64,000 nucleotides of DNA from Elusimicrobiota bacterium (GCA_027340875.1 DAIENX010000007.1:1-64000); one strand, 5' to 3'. Positions 37,188-45,727 are shown, counted from the stretch's first letter. Made by a program: numbers and translations. Notes: generated by a model from the sequence alone, not told the origin.

Positions 37188-38135
37188 CTATCCAAGAAGT
37201 ATCCTCTCTGCCAGCCTGTCCGCGGCCATCCCGCCGGCCACGGCCTTGGCCCCGAAAAGCTTCTTCGCCATGCCGGAGTAATCAGGACGGCGTCCGCTCC
37301 CGGCGCCCAGAGCCTCCAGCCCGCCGGCCAGCATCTGCGCGGCCTGGCCCGGGTCCCTCGCGGCAAGGACGAGGTTGGAGTGATAGCACCTGCCGTCAGT
37401 GTCCACCGTGGTCCCGGGATTGAAAAGCGGCACCGGGCCTTCGCGCGAGGCGTTCTCGATGACAACGGCCCCGGAATCGGCCAGTTCCCTGATATGCCTC
37501 AGCGCCCTGGCGAGCTTGGCGAGGGCGGCCGGCGTCCATTCCCGGTAATAGGCCGGCAGGACGTTGACCCTGGGCGGTCGTCCGCGCGAAGCGGCTATCA
37601 CGCGCTTCAGGACCCCGAGCGAAGAAAGCGGGTCGCGCTCGGGCAGCAGCAGGTTCCAGATCAGGTTGGGCAGGGCCGCGAACCTGCGGCTGACGCTCAC
37701 CGAGGAGTTAATGTTCACCTGCACCCACGGCCGGGCCGAGAAATACCGGAGCTTCGCCGCGTCCAGCAGCAGGCCGTTCGTGCCCACCTCCGCGCGGCCG
37801 CGGTAGCCGGCCGCCTCCAGCATGCCTATGCCAGTCCTCACCAGCCCGAAGCGCAGCAGCGGCTCCCCGCCGAAAAACTTGACCGCGCCGCCCCCCAGGG
37901 CGGCGGAACAATACTGCTTTATAGCGCTTTTCAGGACCGCCGCGGGCATGTCCGCCCGCCCGGTCGCGACGGGACATTCGGGGCACGCCGACTGGCAGCG
38001 CCGGGTGAGGATAAGGGTCAGCTGCGGGGCCGGCGCGCCCCCGCGGCAGGCCGGAAGGGCCGAGTTACTGGCCCTTCGCCGGTTCCTTTCCTTTGGTCTG
38101 CTTGCCCTGCGGCTGTACGCCCATCCTCTTGTCAT
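37188..38135 (-). CDS. Radical SAM protein
   Basis: CQSACPEC, FFGGEPLL, GTNGLLL; start codon uncertain. Confidence 0.8.
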   Translation of the reverse strand: MTRGWAYSRRASRPKERNRRRASNSALPACRGGAPAPQLTLILTRRCQSACPECPVATGRADMPAAVLKSAIKQYCSAALGGGAVKFFGGEPLLRFGLVRTGIGMLEAAGYRGRAEVGTNGLLLDAAKLRYFSARPWVQVNINSSVSVSRRFAALPNLIWNLLLPERDPLSSLGVLKRVIAASRGRPPRVNVLPAYYREWTPAALAKLARALRHIRELADSGAVVIENASREGPVPLFNPGTTVDTDGRCYHSNLVLAARDPGQAAQMLAGGLEALGAGSGRRPDYSGMAKKLFGAKAVAGGMAADRLAERILLG

Positions 38136-39114
38136 CTTCAGCCTTCTGCTTTACCATGTCGGCCATTATCTTGTGGCGGAACGAGCTCGTGCAGTAGCCG
38201 GTGGCGAGCTTCTTGGCCAAAGGTGCGCAAACCGACGGGTCCCTGGACTGCAGCACGTGGAGCAGCCATTTCTCGTCCGGGGTGGAATCCCCCCTCACCA
38301 GCGCGGCGCTGAGCTGGCATTCTTTCTTCCGCGGGCCGCTCAGTTTGCCGCAGGCCGCCCGCCCGTTGATGAACAGGAAGTTGGATTCGCAGTTGGGCGG
38401 CAGACCGAGCGAGCGGCACTCCGGGGTCCGCCTCTTCGCGATAGAGTCGGTAATGAACCGACAGAAGTCGGGGCTGGGACGCCCCCCCCTGAACGCGTTG
38501 TTAACGAACTTCTCGCATTTCCCGTCGTTCGTCTTCCTGTTCAGGGCCGAATACATGAAATCGTAGTAATCGGCGGCGAAACAGACCCTCTCCAGGTTCT
38601 GCTGGACGCAGTCGAGACGGCCACCGCTGATAAGCCGGCAGACGCCGTAGTCCAGGAAGAGATCGAGTATAGTCTCATCCTCGGGCATGTTGCTGTTGGT
38701 ATTGAAGAAGAACCGGAAGTTCTTGTCGAAATGCCTGACGATAGCGTCCGGGTTGTCCGAGAAGGCCTTTATACAGTCGCTGTCGGCCGCGTTCACCGGG
38801 ACGTCCTCTGGCTGGGAATAATACCCGCCGGAGGCGCTTTCGTACTGGCCGCTCTGGGGGATATTGCTCTGGGTATCGGTCGACGCCTGGCTGACCAGCG
38901 CGGCGGCGTCCGGAGGAAGCGCCTGGCCGACCTCCTGTTGCTGGGCCGCGGGGTAGGCCGGAGCCGCCGGCTGCTCGATGCCTATCTTCGCGGCGTTCCT
39001 GTCGGTGACCATCTTCAGGGCGAAAAGCACGCCCATCAGCGCCACCAGCAGGCCGATAAGCAGCTTCGGGGACATCGCCCCGGGTCTGTAGCCTTTCCTC
39101 ATCGCGCTCACCAT
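38065..39114 (-). CDS. Membrane-anchored extracytoplasmic Cys-rich protein
   Basis: N-terminal TM, Ala/Pro/Gln linker, Cys-rich domain; start could be 39114, 39102 or 39075. Confidence 0.8.
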   Translation of the reverse strand: MVSAMRKGYRPGAMSPKLLIGLLVALMGVLFALKMVTDRNAAKIGIEQPAAPAYPAAQQQEVGQALPPDAAALVSQASTDTQSNIPQSGQYESASGGYYSQPEDVPVNAADSDCIKAFSDNPDAIVRHFDKNFRFFFNTNSNMPEDETILDLFLDYGVCRLISGGRLDCVQQNLERVCFAADYYDFMYSALNRKTNDGKCEKFVNNAFRGGRPSPDFCRFITDSIAKRRTPECRSLGLPPNCESNFLFINGRAACGKLSGPRKKECQLSAALVRGDSTPDEKWLLHVLQSRDPSVCAPLAKKLATGYCTSSFRHKIMADMVKQKAEDDKRMGVQPQGKQTKGKEPAKGQ

Positions 39115-39404
39115 TGCCCGTGGCTGCCGTGCGAACCGTGCGAACCGTGCGAGCCGTGGCTGCTGTGCGAACCGTGCGAACCGTGCGAGGCGTGACTCAC
39201 GTGGCCCGACGCGTTGCCGCTGCTGTGGAAGTAGTTTGCATGCGCTAGCGCGTCAGCGTGCTCTGTCACCACTCCGACGGCGGTGGCTACCAGTCCGAGG
39301 ACGACCGCGGCCTTGACCACGTCGCTCTTGACTATCTTGCCCTCCTCGCTCGAAAGGAAGCGGGAAAGGTCTACCGACAGTTTCTTTTTCTGTTTTCCGG
39401 CCAT
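39108..39404 (-). CDS. hxsA: His-Xaa-Ser repeat precursor peptide (HxsA-like)
   Basis: 98 aa; nine tandem HxS triplets plus HGQW at the C-terminus; directly downstream of hxsB. Confidence 0.92.
   Translation of the reverse strand: MAGKQKKKLSVDLSRFLSSEEGKIVKSDVVKAAVVLGLVATAVGVVTEHADALAHANYFHSSGNASGHVSHASHGSHGSHSSHGSHGSHGSHGSHGQW
39117..39203. repeat. Coding 9-bp tandem repeat (GTGCGAACC variants) encoding the HxS array
   Basis: Visible 9-nt periodicity with synonymous variation. Confidence 0.85.
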
Positions 39405-39423
39405 ATTTCGCCCCGTTCTCGGT

Positions 39424-40893
39424 CTATACGTGTATCCCGGCCGCTCCGGCGCTGCTGCCGGCCCAGGATTCGAACAGCTTCCTAACCTTCGGCTCGCGCA
39501 GCCGCGCGAACAGGTAGTCCATCACTCCGGTGTAGATCTCGCACCGGAAGTTGGGATGATGCATGTACAGGTCGTTGTGCTCCGAATAGTTGAAGACCGG
39601 GCATACGCCGCAGTAGGGCTTGTAGACGCAGGAGGAGCAGAGCGTCTGTATGTCCGTGACCGACGCGGTGACCACGCATTTCACCACTGAGCTCGACGCC
39701 AGGTCCGCGTAGGTCTCCTTCTTCAGGTCGCCCATGCAGAACGAATCGGTCCCCTCCGCCGCCAGCATGCGCCCCTCGTCGCAGGTGAAGACGCGGCCGT
39801 CGTAGTCGTAGGCGATCTGGCCTATCCCCGCCCCGCAGGGGGACCGGAGGTCCATGAAGTTCGGGTCGGTGCCGGTCAGGATCTTCCTCAGGAATATCCT
39901 GGCCGTGTGCTCGACCAGGGAGGCCTTCTTCTTCAGGTTCAGCTCTATGATGTAGTCCAGCGCCTTCGTGTAGAACTCTATGTACTCCCGCGCCGTGTAG
40001 CCTATCCCAGGCCAGGCCTTCTTCGCCGCGCCGAACGGATTGAGGAAGCGCAGGAAGATGGAGCGGGCGCCGATGCGGACGTATTCGTCCACTATGTCCT
40101 TGTGGCGCCCCAGGGACTGCTGCGTCACCGTGAGCAGGGCGTCCGGCCCGTTCTTGGTCCTGGCCGTGCGCTTCTTGATGGTCTTCCACCACTTCACGAC
40201 CTGGGCGTGGCTGCTGCCGCCGGTGGCCACCCGGTTCTTGTCGTGCAGGTCGGCGGGACCGTCCAGCGAGGTGCAGATGGCGACGTTGTGCTTGAGCAGG
40301 AAGTTCAGCCTCTCTCCGGTCATGGCCGACAGGTTGGTGACCAGGCTCAGGCTCACCTTCTTATCGAAGGTCTTCGTGCGGGCGGCGGCCTCGTTGACCA
40401 CGAACTCCAGCACGGGCCAGTTGAGCAGCGGCTCCCCGCCCTGGAACTCTATGGTGATGTTGTCGGCCGGGGAAGCGAAGATGGCGTCCAGCACCCTGGA
40501 GGCCGTCTCCCTGTTCATGTCCAGGCCGCGGCCGCTCCTCTTGGACGAGGCGTGGCAATACACGCAGTCGTGGTTGCAGCGCCGCGTCAGCACGGCTATG
40601 TGCAGCGCCGGGCCGGAGAAGAGGAAATGGTTCTTCTCGAGCCACCTCTCGGCCAGGCCGGAAAAGTCCATGTAGTCGCGGACGAGGCCCTTGCGGGAGA
40701 GGTCCTTGTACTCAGCCGAGTCCTTGTCCAGCTTGCCGGCCGCCAGCCGCGAGAAGACATCGCCGGAGATGAAGGCGTGCTCGCCTATGTCGTTGGTGAC
40801 CAGGTATTCGTCGCCCCACTTCTTGTAGCGCAGAAAACCGGTCTTCTTCGGGTCGAAGTCAATTCTTTCTTTTTGCTTTTCTGGCCTTCGCAT
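39424..40893 (-). CDS. hxsB: His-Xaa-Ser system radical SAM/SPASM maturase HxsB
   Basis: CNHDCVYC, IEFQGGEPLLN, DLRSPCGAGIGQIAYDYDG, TCDEGRM, CSSCVYKPYCGVCPV. Confidence 0.9.
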   Translation of the reverse strand: MRRPEKQKERIDFDPKKTGFLRYKKWGDEYLVTNDIGEHAFISGDVFSRLAAGKLDKDSAEYKDLSRKGLVRDYMDFSGLAERWLEKNHFLFSGPALHIAVLTRRCNHDCVYCHASSKRSGRGLDMNRETASRVLDAIFASPADNITIEFQGGEPLLNWPVLEFVVNEAAARTKTFDKKVSLSLVTNLSAMTGERLNFLLKHNVAICTSLDGPADLHDKNRVATGGSSHAQVVKWWKTIKKRTARTKNGPDALLTVTQQSLGRHKDIVDEYVRIGARSIFLRFLNPFGAAKKAWPGIGYTAREYIEFYTKALDYIIELNLKKKASLVEHTARIFLRKILTGTDPNFMDLRSPCGAGIGQIAYDYDGRVFTCDEGRMLAAEGTDSFCMGDLKKETYADLASSSVVKCVVTASVTDIQTLCSSCVYKPYCGVCPVFNYSEHNDLYMHHPNFRCEIYTGVMDYLFARLREPKVRKLFESWAGSSAGAAGIHV

Positions 40894-41320
40894 TTTTGTT
40901 TTCTTCCCACGGTATGGCTATTCCCAGAGCATCGGTCTTGTAGTCGCCGCTCTCCGCCTCTTTCAGCAGCTTCTCGATCTCCTTCTCCAGCTCCGCGTCC
41001 AGCACCGGGGCGGCGGCCGCCGGTTCCGCGGGTCTGGGCTGCGCGGAAAGAAGGGCCCTGACCACTATCCTCTCGCGCAGGGCCTGGTTCACGGCCGAGA
41101 CCTTGAGGCGGAAAGCGTGGTGCAGCAGTTCGTTGCGGAACTCGCCCTCCAGGTCGCGGCCCGCCGGGAACTTGCCGTTCTTGGACTCCAGCACGGCCGA
41201 GAGAGCGCCGCCCTTGTCCTTGCCCAGCTTCACGTACGCGGCCTTGGAGAACGTGTATGCCGCGGCATAGACGCACTCGATAGGGTAAACGGAAAGATCT
41301 ATCTTCACCTGTATTTTCAT
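40859..41320 (-). CDS. hxsD: His-Xaa-Ser system protein HxsD
   Basis: DLSVY...VYAAAYTF, EFRNELL...R pattern; position before hxsB. Confidence 0.8.
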   Translation of the reverse strand: MKIQVKIDLSVYPIECVYAAAYTFSKAAYVKLGKDKGGALSAVLESKNGKFPAGRDLEGEFRNELLHHAFRLKVSAVNQALRERIVVRALLSAQPRPAEPAAAAPVLDAELEKEIEKLLKEAESGDYKTDALGIAIPWEENKNAKARKAKRKN

Positions 41321-41339
41321 GCTGATCCTCTAACGCAGT

Positions 41340-41903
41340 TTATCTCAACCTGCAGCAAAGCATTTCGCCAGTAGCCTGTATACCGCCGGGAGGGCCCATC
41401 TGGTACATCTGGTTGCCGACGCGGGCGGCCACTACGGCGGTCTTGGCGCCGAGACACATCGTGACGACGCCGTAAGAATAGCTCTGCCAGGAACAGTCCA
41501 GCGGGACCGTCGGGTCGGACCAGCGGGCCAGGCCGTTGCCGTCCGAGGTAAGCAGCCGGCCGTTGGCCTGCGTGCCGTCCTGCAGCTCGAAGCTGCCGAC
41601 CACGTGGAGTTTTGCGGCCGGGGAAGGGGTGCCTATTCCAACATTGCCGCCGTCCCTGGCCAGCAGGGTCTGGCTGGTGGTAAGTATGCTGACGTAGCCG
41701 CCGTAGGGGGCAGGGTAATAAGTGGTCAGCGTAAGCGTCTCGGAGCCGATGAAGCCCGGATGCCAGCAGATGAACATGAGGGCCATCAGCGCCACCACCG
41801 TCTTCCGGTGCGTCCTGCCGAGCCTGTCCAGCCAGGCAGGCAGGCCGGGCTGGTGAAGCCAGTCCAGCGAGAACCTTATAACGATATCGCGGTTATTTTT
41901 CAT
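41340..41903 (-). CDS. Membrane-anchored protein with fibre-like GNVGIGT motif; first gene of the operon
   Basis: TM segment, ETLTLTTYYPAPYG, GNVGIGTPSPAAKLHV, LTSDGNGLARW. Confidence 0.75.
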   Translation of the reverse strand: MKNNRDIVIRFSLDWLHQPGLPAWLDRLGRTHRKTVVALMALMFICWHPGFIGSETLTLTTYYPAPYGGYVSILTTSQTLLARDGGNVGIGTPSPAAKLHVVGSFELQDGTQANGRLLTSDGNGLARWSDPTVPLDCSWQSYSYGVVTMCLGAKTAVVAARVGNQMYQMGPPGGIQATGEMLCCRLR

Positions 41904-42089
41904 AGTCGCCGCCCCCGATAAGCGCGAAAAGCACATCCTTGCGCAACGGCCCCTACGGTCGGGACGCGTTGCATATCACACGGACCGCCACGGGCTTGCT
42001 CCCATGGCACTCACCGATCCGGATTTCGTTCGCGCGCCTACGCGCATGCTAGCCATCCGCCGGCTTACGCCGGCGATACTTCGACTATA
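41904..42089 (-). ncRNA. Candidate structured 5' leader RNA
   Basis: Four consecutive GC-rich hairpins between the promoter and the first ATG; no family recognised. Confidence 0.4.
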
Positions 42090-42095
42090 TTATTA

Positions 42096-42124
42096 ATTAT
42101 AGCAGAAATCTTTCCGATTTTCAA
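42096..42124 (-). promoter_or_regulatory. Sigma70 promoter of the Hxs/Nif-like operon
   Basis: TTGAAA-17nt-TATAAT with extended -10 TG. Confidence 0.8.
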
Positions 42125-42254
42125 TGGGAGCCGCCTTCAGCCGCGGCCGCTGGAGGGACCGCCCGTCCCGGACAGGCTCCAGGGCAGAAAAGCCCGGCAG
42201 GCCCATGTGCAGGAGGTCCCGGCATTACCGGGGGCCAGCGATCAGGCAGACCCC

Positions 42255-43733
42255 TCAGCTGCCGGCCTTTATCCCTCTCGACCTGACGAACTTGTCGAGG
42301 TCGAACTTCTCGAAGGGCTGGTAATTCTTCTGCCGCCAGGGCTTGTTGGTGATGAAGCTCCAGCCCATCTTGATGAACATGTTGAGGTAGGTCCTATGGA
42401 GCGGCTTCTTCGAGAAGAAATAGTTCCCGAGGAACTTCCTGTTCACGATAAGTGCCTTCCCGATCCATTTTTTATAGTACTTGTCGGCCTCCCCGACCGA
42501 CATATCCGCGGTCCTGGTTATCGCGTTGAGCCAGTTGAACTGCGAGAAATCCGTCACCTCTATCGCGCCCATCTTCTTGCATTCGTCGTAATAGGGGGTG
42601 CCCGGCAGCGGCGTGGTGAAATCCGGGCCCACGATGTCGCAGTTCTCGATCAGGAAGTCGAGGGTATTGTGCAGGTCCTCCTTGGTATCCCACGGACTGC
42701 CCCACATCAGCATTCCCATGATTATGAAATTGTGCTTCTGGGCTATCTTTATGGCCTTGTTTATCACCTCGAGGGTCTGCGGCTTCTGCAGCCTTTGCAG
42801 TTCGCTGGGCTTCGAGGTCTCTATCCCCAGCATGATCTGATACACGCCTATCTCGTTGAGGTCCTTCATCAGGCTCTCGTTCCTGATCACGTTGAAGCAG
42901 GTCGTCTGTATCCACATCAGGACGCCCAGCTTCCTGGCCCGCATGAGCTTTATGAACTCCCGGGTGCGGTCCTGGTCGTGGAGGAAGTCGTTGTCCCCGA
43001 CGTAGAAGACCTTTTTGCCGTATTTCTTGCTCAGCAGCTCGAGCACGTCCACCATGTACTTCGCCCCGTGCCCGCGCCAGGAATGCTGCCAGTGTATGGC
43101 CTCGCTGCAGAACCTGCAGTGCCCCACGCAGCCCCTCGCGAAATTCACGGTGAAGCCGACCTTGCCGCCGAACGGGGCCAGGCCGTACCTCTCCATCGGG
43201 AACAGGTCGAAGGCGGGCATCGGGAGCTCGTCCAGGTCCTTTATCATCGGCCGAGGGGCGTTCTTTACGGCCTCTCCGTCCTTGAGCCAGGCCAGGCCTT
43301 TTATCCCCGAAAGGTCTCTCTCCTTCTTCTCCACGGCCCGGAGCAGCTCCATCAGCGTGACCTCTCCCTCGCCCGTGACGATGTAATCGAACAGCCCGCT
43401 TTCAAGGGCGTCCTTCCACATGTAGGAGCCCATATAGCCGCCGGTCACTATCTTGGCGCCGGGCAGCACCTTTCTCGCTATCTTCGCGGCGTTCACCGTA
43501 TCCTGCCAGAAAGCCGTTACCGACCCGGTTATGGCCACGACGTCCGGCCGCTCATTATCGAGCGTCTCCGCCGTTCTGTCCCATGGCTTATCGGGCGCGA
43601 CGGCGGCGTCGAAGACCTTCGTTTCGAACTCTTTCCTGGCTACCGCGGCGAGGTATATGAGCGACGGCGAGGCCGTCACGCCCCTGAAAAATTCCCAGTA
43701 TTGGTGGAGCGGTTCAAGAAAAAGGACTTTCAT
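42255..43733 (-). CDS. Cobalamin-binding (class B) radical SAM protein
   Basis: N-terminal B12-binding domain (SLIYLAA, PDVVAITG, GEGE), ARGCVGHCRFC, GIET, TPLPGTPYY. Confidence 0.9.
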   Translation of the reverse strand: MKVLFLEPLHQYWEFFRGVTASPSLIYLAAVARKEFETKVFDAAVAPDKPWDRTAETLDNERPDVVAITGSVTAFWQDTVNAAKIARKVLPGAKIVTGGYMGSYMWKDALESGLFDYIVTGEGEVTLMELLRAVEKKERDLSGIKGLAWLKDGEAVKNAPRPMIKDLDELPMPAFDLFPMERYGLAPFGGKVGFTVNFARGCVGHCRFCSEAIHWQHSWRGHGAKYMVDVLELLSKKYGKKVFYVGDNDFLHDQDRTREFIKLMRARKLGVLMWIQTTCFNVIRNESLMKDLNEIGVYQIMLGIETSKPSELQRLQKPQTLEVINKAIKIAQKHNFIIMGMLMWGSPWDTKEDLHNTLDFLIENCDIVGPDFTTPLPGTPYYDECKKMGAIEVTDFSQFNWLNAITRTADMSVGEADKYYKKWIGKALIVNRKFLGNYFFSKKPLHRTYLNMFIKMGWSFITNKPWRQKNYQPFEKFDLDKFVRSRGIKAGS

Positions 43734-43925
43734 TACGGTTTCTCCCTGCTGGCCGGCCGCAAGATCGAACGCGGCTCCGCGTCATCCCTCCTCACGACGG
43801 GAACACGGAACCCCGCATCTACAAACTACCACATTACTGACCCTTAAGCCAAGAGCGGCGGCTTTCATCGGGAGGGGCGCGGGACAGTTGGTCCCGCGGC
43901 GTCCGCAGTGCCGCGGTCCAGGGTA

Positions 43926-43954
43926 TTGACAGCCGCCGGGTTTCGTCTTATAAT
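43926..43954 (+). promoter_or_regulatory. Consensus sigma70 promoter
   Basis: TTGACA (43926-43931), 17 nt, TATAAT (43949-43954). Confidence 0.88.
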
Positions 43955-43981
43955 CGGATTATACGGGTGACAGGAGGAAAG

Positions 43982-44092
43982 ATGCCTGCGATCGCTAAAT
44001 CTCCGGTAAAACCGGCTAAAAAACTGAACAAAACGCTGAAAGCGGACAAGAAACTGTCGCGGTACTGCCGTTCCGGCAGGGTTCTCTGGTAA
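43982..44092 (+). CDS. Putative RiPP precursor peptide, 36 aa MPAIAKSPVKPAKKLNKTLKADKKLSRYCRSGRVLW
   Basis: AGGAGG RBS at 43972-43977, consensus promoter, directly upstream of the rSAM/SPASM gene; below the ORF-track size cutoff. Confidence 0.8.
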   Translation: MPAIAKSPVKPAKKLNKTLKADKKLSRYCRSGRVLW

Positions 44093-44107
44093 ACCGGTCC
44101 GATAACG

Positions 44108-44143
44108 CGACGAAGTCCCCGTAACCGCGGGGACTTCTCGTTT
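44108..44143 (+). terminator. Hairpin after the precursor ORF (leaky terminator or stabiliser)
   Basis: GAAGTCCCCG/CGGGGACTTC stem with a short T tail. Confidence 0.65.
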
Positions 44144-44168
44144 CCAGCGGACCGTCAAACGGAGAAAG

Positions 44169-45656
44169 ATGGCACAAAAACCGGCATTCCTCTTCGAGAA
44201 ACTCGGGCGCCGCATCGGCGTCTCTACCGGCACCGGCGATTTCTACGAGCTGTCCCCTGCCGTCTACAAGGCCCTTAAGAAGTGGAATAGCGCGATCGAA
44301 GAAAAGGGCGGAAAACTCTCGACCGCGGCGGCGGAAAAGCTGGCCCGCGGCTTTTCGGTCCCGGCGGAGATCTCCGCTCTGTTCCCGCTGCGCGCCGCCA
44401 GGTCCGGGCCTCCCGACATCCGCGCCCGCCTGACCGACCTGACGCTGAACATAACCTCCGACTGCAACCTGCGCTGCGTCTACTGCTGGAACGATACCGG
44501 GAAATATTCGAACGGTTCGTTCAAGAAGGCGAAGAGCGCCCGTCCGGAAGCCGCGGCCTGCCCTCCCCCGATGTCCGTGGAAACGGCCTGCCGGGCCGTG
44601 GACCTGCTGGTCAAGATGAGCCGCGGGGAAAAACAGCTGGTCGTGGATTTTTACGGCGGGGAGCCTCTTAAGAACCTGCCCACGCTCCTGGGCGCGGTCG
44701 CCTACTGCAAGGCCCTGGGAAAGAAAACGAACATCCGGTTCCATTTCCTGCTGGCCACCAACGGGACCCTGCTGACCCCGGCGCTGGCCGAGAAGCTGCT
44801 GGGACTGGGGGTACAGATAGCGGTAAGCGTGGACGGCCCCAGGAAGCTGCACGACCGGAACAGGCCCTTTCACGACGGGAAAGGCAGCTTCGCCGCGATA
44901 GCGCGAAACCTGCGGAACATGCGTCCGGAGACGAGACGCAGGCTGGTCGGGAGGACGACCGTCACCCCTTACTACACGGACATGGTCGCGCTTTACCGCA
45001 ACCTAAAGGACCTGGGGTTCGAGCGCGTGGAGATCTTCGAGAGCGAGGACGCGTGCCACAAGATAACCCCGGGGAGGGAAGCCGTTTTCTTCCACAAGGA
45101 AAAGGACTTCCGCAGGATCCTCGGGGAGTACGATCTGCTGGCCGGGAAATATTCGGACGAGGCCGTAAAGGGCGTCCTGGATTACGGAAAGACCTTCTTC
45201 AACAGGTTCTTCAAGCTGATGCAGAGGCTTTATTACAACCAGCAGGTCACCGGCGGGTGCCCGGCGGCCCAGGGCCAGATAGCGGTGTCGTCCGACGGCG
45301 AGATCTTCCCCTGCACCTCGTTCATAGGGATAAAGGCCTTCTCCCTCGGGAACGTGCACTCCGGGCTGGACCGCAAAAAACATCTCTCGCTGCTGCGGAA
45401 AACCGCCGGAAGGTTCAGGAGGTGCGCCGGCTGCGAGATCTTCAGCGTCTGCGGGACCACCGGGTCCTGCCTGAACATCAACCATTATTTCAACGGGGAC
45501 GTATCCAGGCCTCATGCCAGGAGTTGCAGGCTGTTCACGGAAAAGATAAAGCTGGCCATGGCCGTGCTCGCCGACCTTTCGGAAAGGATGCCGGACAGGC
45601 TGGAGGCTCTTTTCGGCCACGATCCCGTAGGACGTAGAGGGAACGAACTCTATTGA
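44169..45656 (+). CDS. Radical SAM/SPASM peptide maturase with RRE-like N-terminus
   Basis: CNLRCVYC, FYGGEPL, SVDGP, SPASM Cys (GCPAAQGQIAVSSDGEIFPC, CAGCEIFSVCGTTGSC). Confidence 0.9.
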   Translation: MAQKPAFLFEKLGRRIGVSTGTGDFYELSPAVYKALKKWNSAIEEKGGKLSTAAAEKLARGFSVPAEISALFPLRAARSGPPDIRARLTDLTLNITSDCNLRCVYCWNDTGKYSNGSFKKAKSARPEAAACPPPMSVETACRAVDLLVKMSRGEKQLVVDFYGGEPLKNLPTLLGAVAYCKALGKKTNIRFHFLLATNGTLLTPALAEKLLGLGVQIAVSVDGPRKLHDRNRPFHDGKGSFAAIARNLRNMRPETRRRLVGRTTVTPYYTDMVALYRNLKDLGFERVEIFESEDACHKITPGREAVFFHKEKDFRRILGEYDLLAGKYSDEAVKGVLDYGKTFFNRFFKLMQRLYYNQQVTGGCPAAQGQIAVSSDGEIFPCTSFIGIKAFSLGNVHSGLDRKKHLSLLRKTAGRFRRCAGCEIFSVCGTTGSCLNINHYFNGDVSRPHARSCRLFTEKIKLAMAVLADLSERMPDRLEALFGHDPVGRRGNELY

Positions 45657-45727
45657 ACCCGGCGACCGCGGTCAACGGACAATGTCCGCAAGGGTCAATA
45701 CCCAGGGCCGCGCCGCATATGCTTCCC

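Noticed and set aside
39117..39203. CRISPR array or non-coding VNTR
   Set aside because: 9-bp in-frame units without spacers that encode the HxS peptide
41340..41903. Prophage tail fibre or mobile element
   Set aside because: No integrase, transposase or phage structural genes recognised anywhere in the window
41904..42089. Known riboswitch (SAM, cobalamin, c-di-GMP)
   Set aside because: Consensus elements not found by eye; kept only as an unclassified candidate
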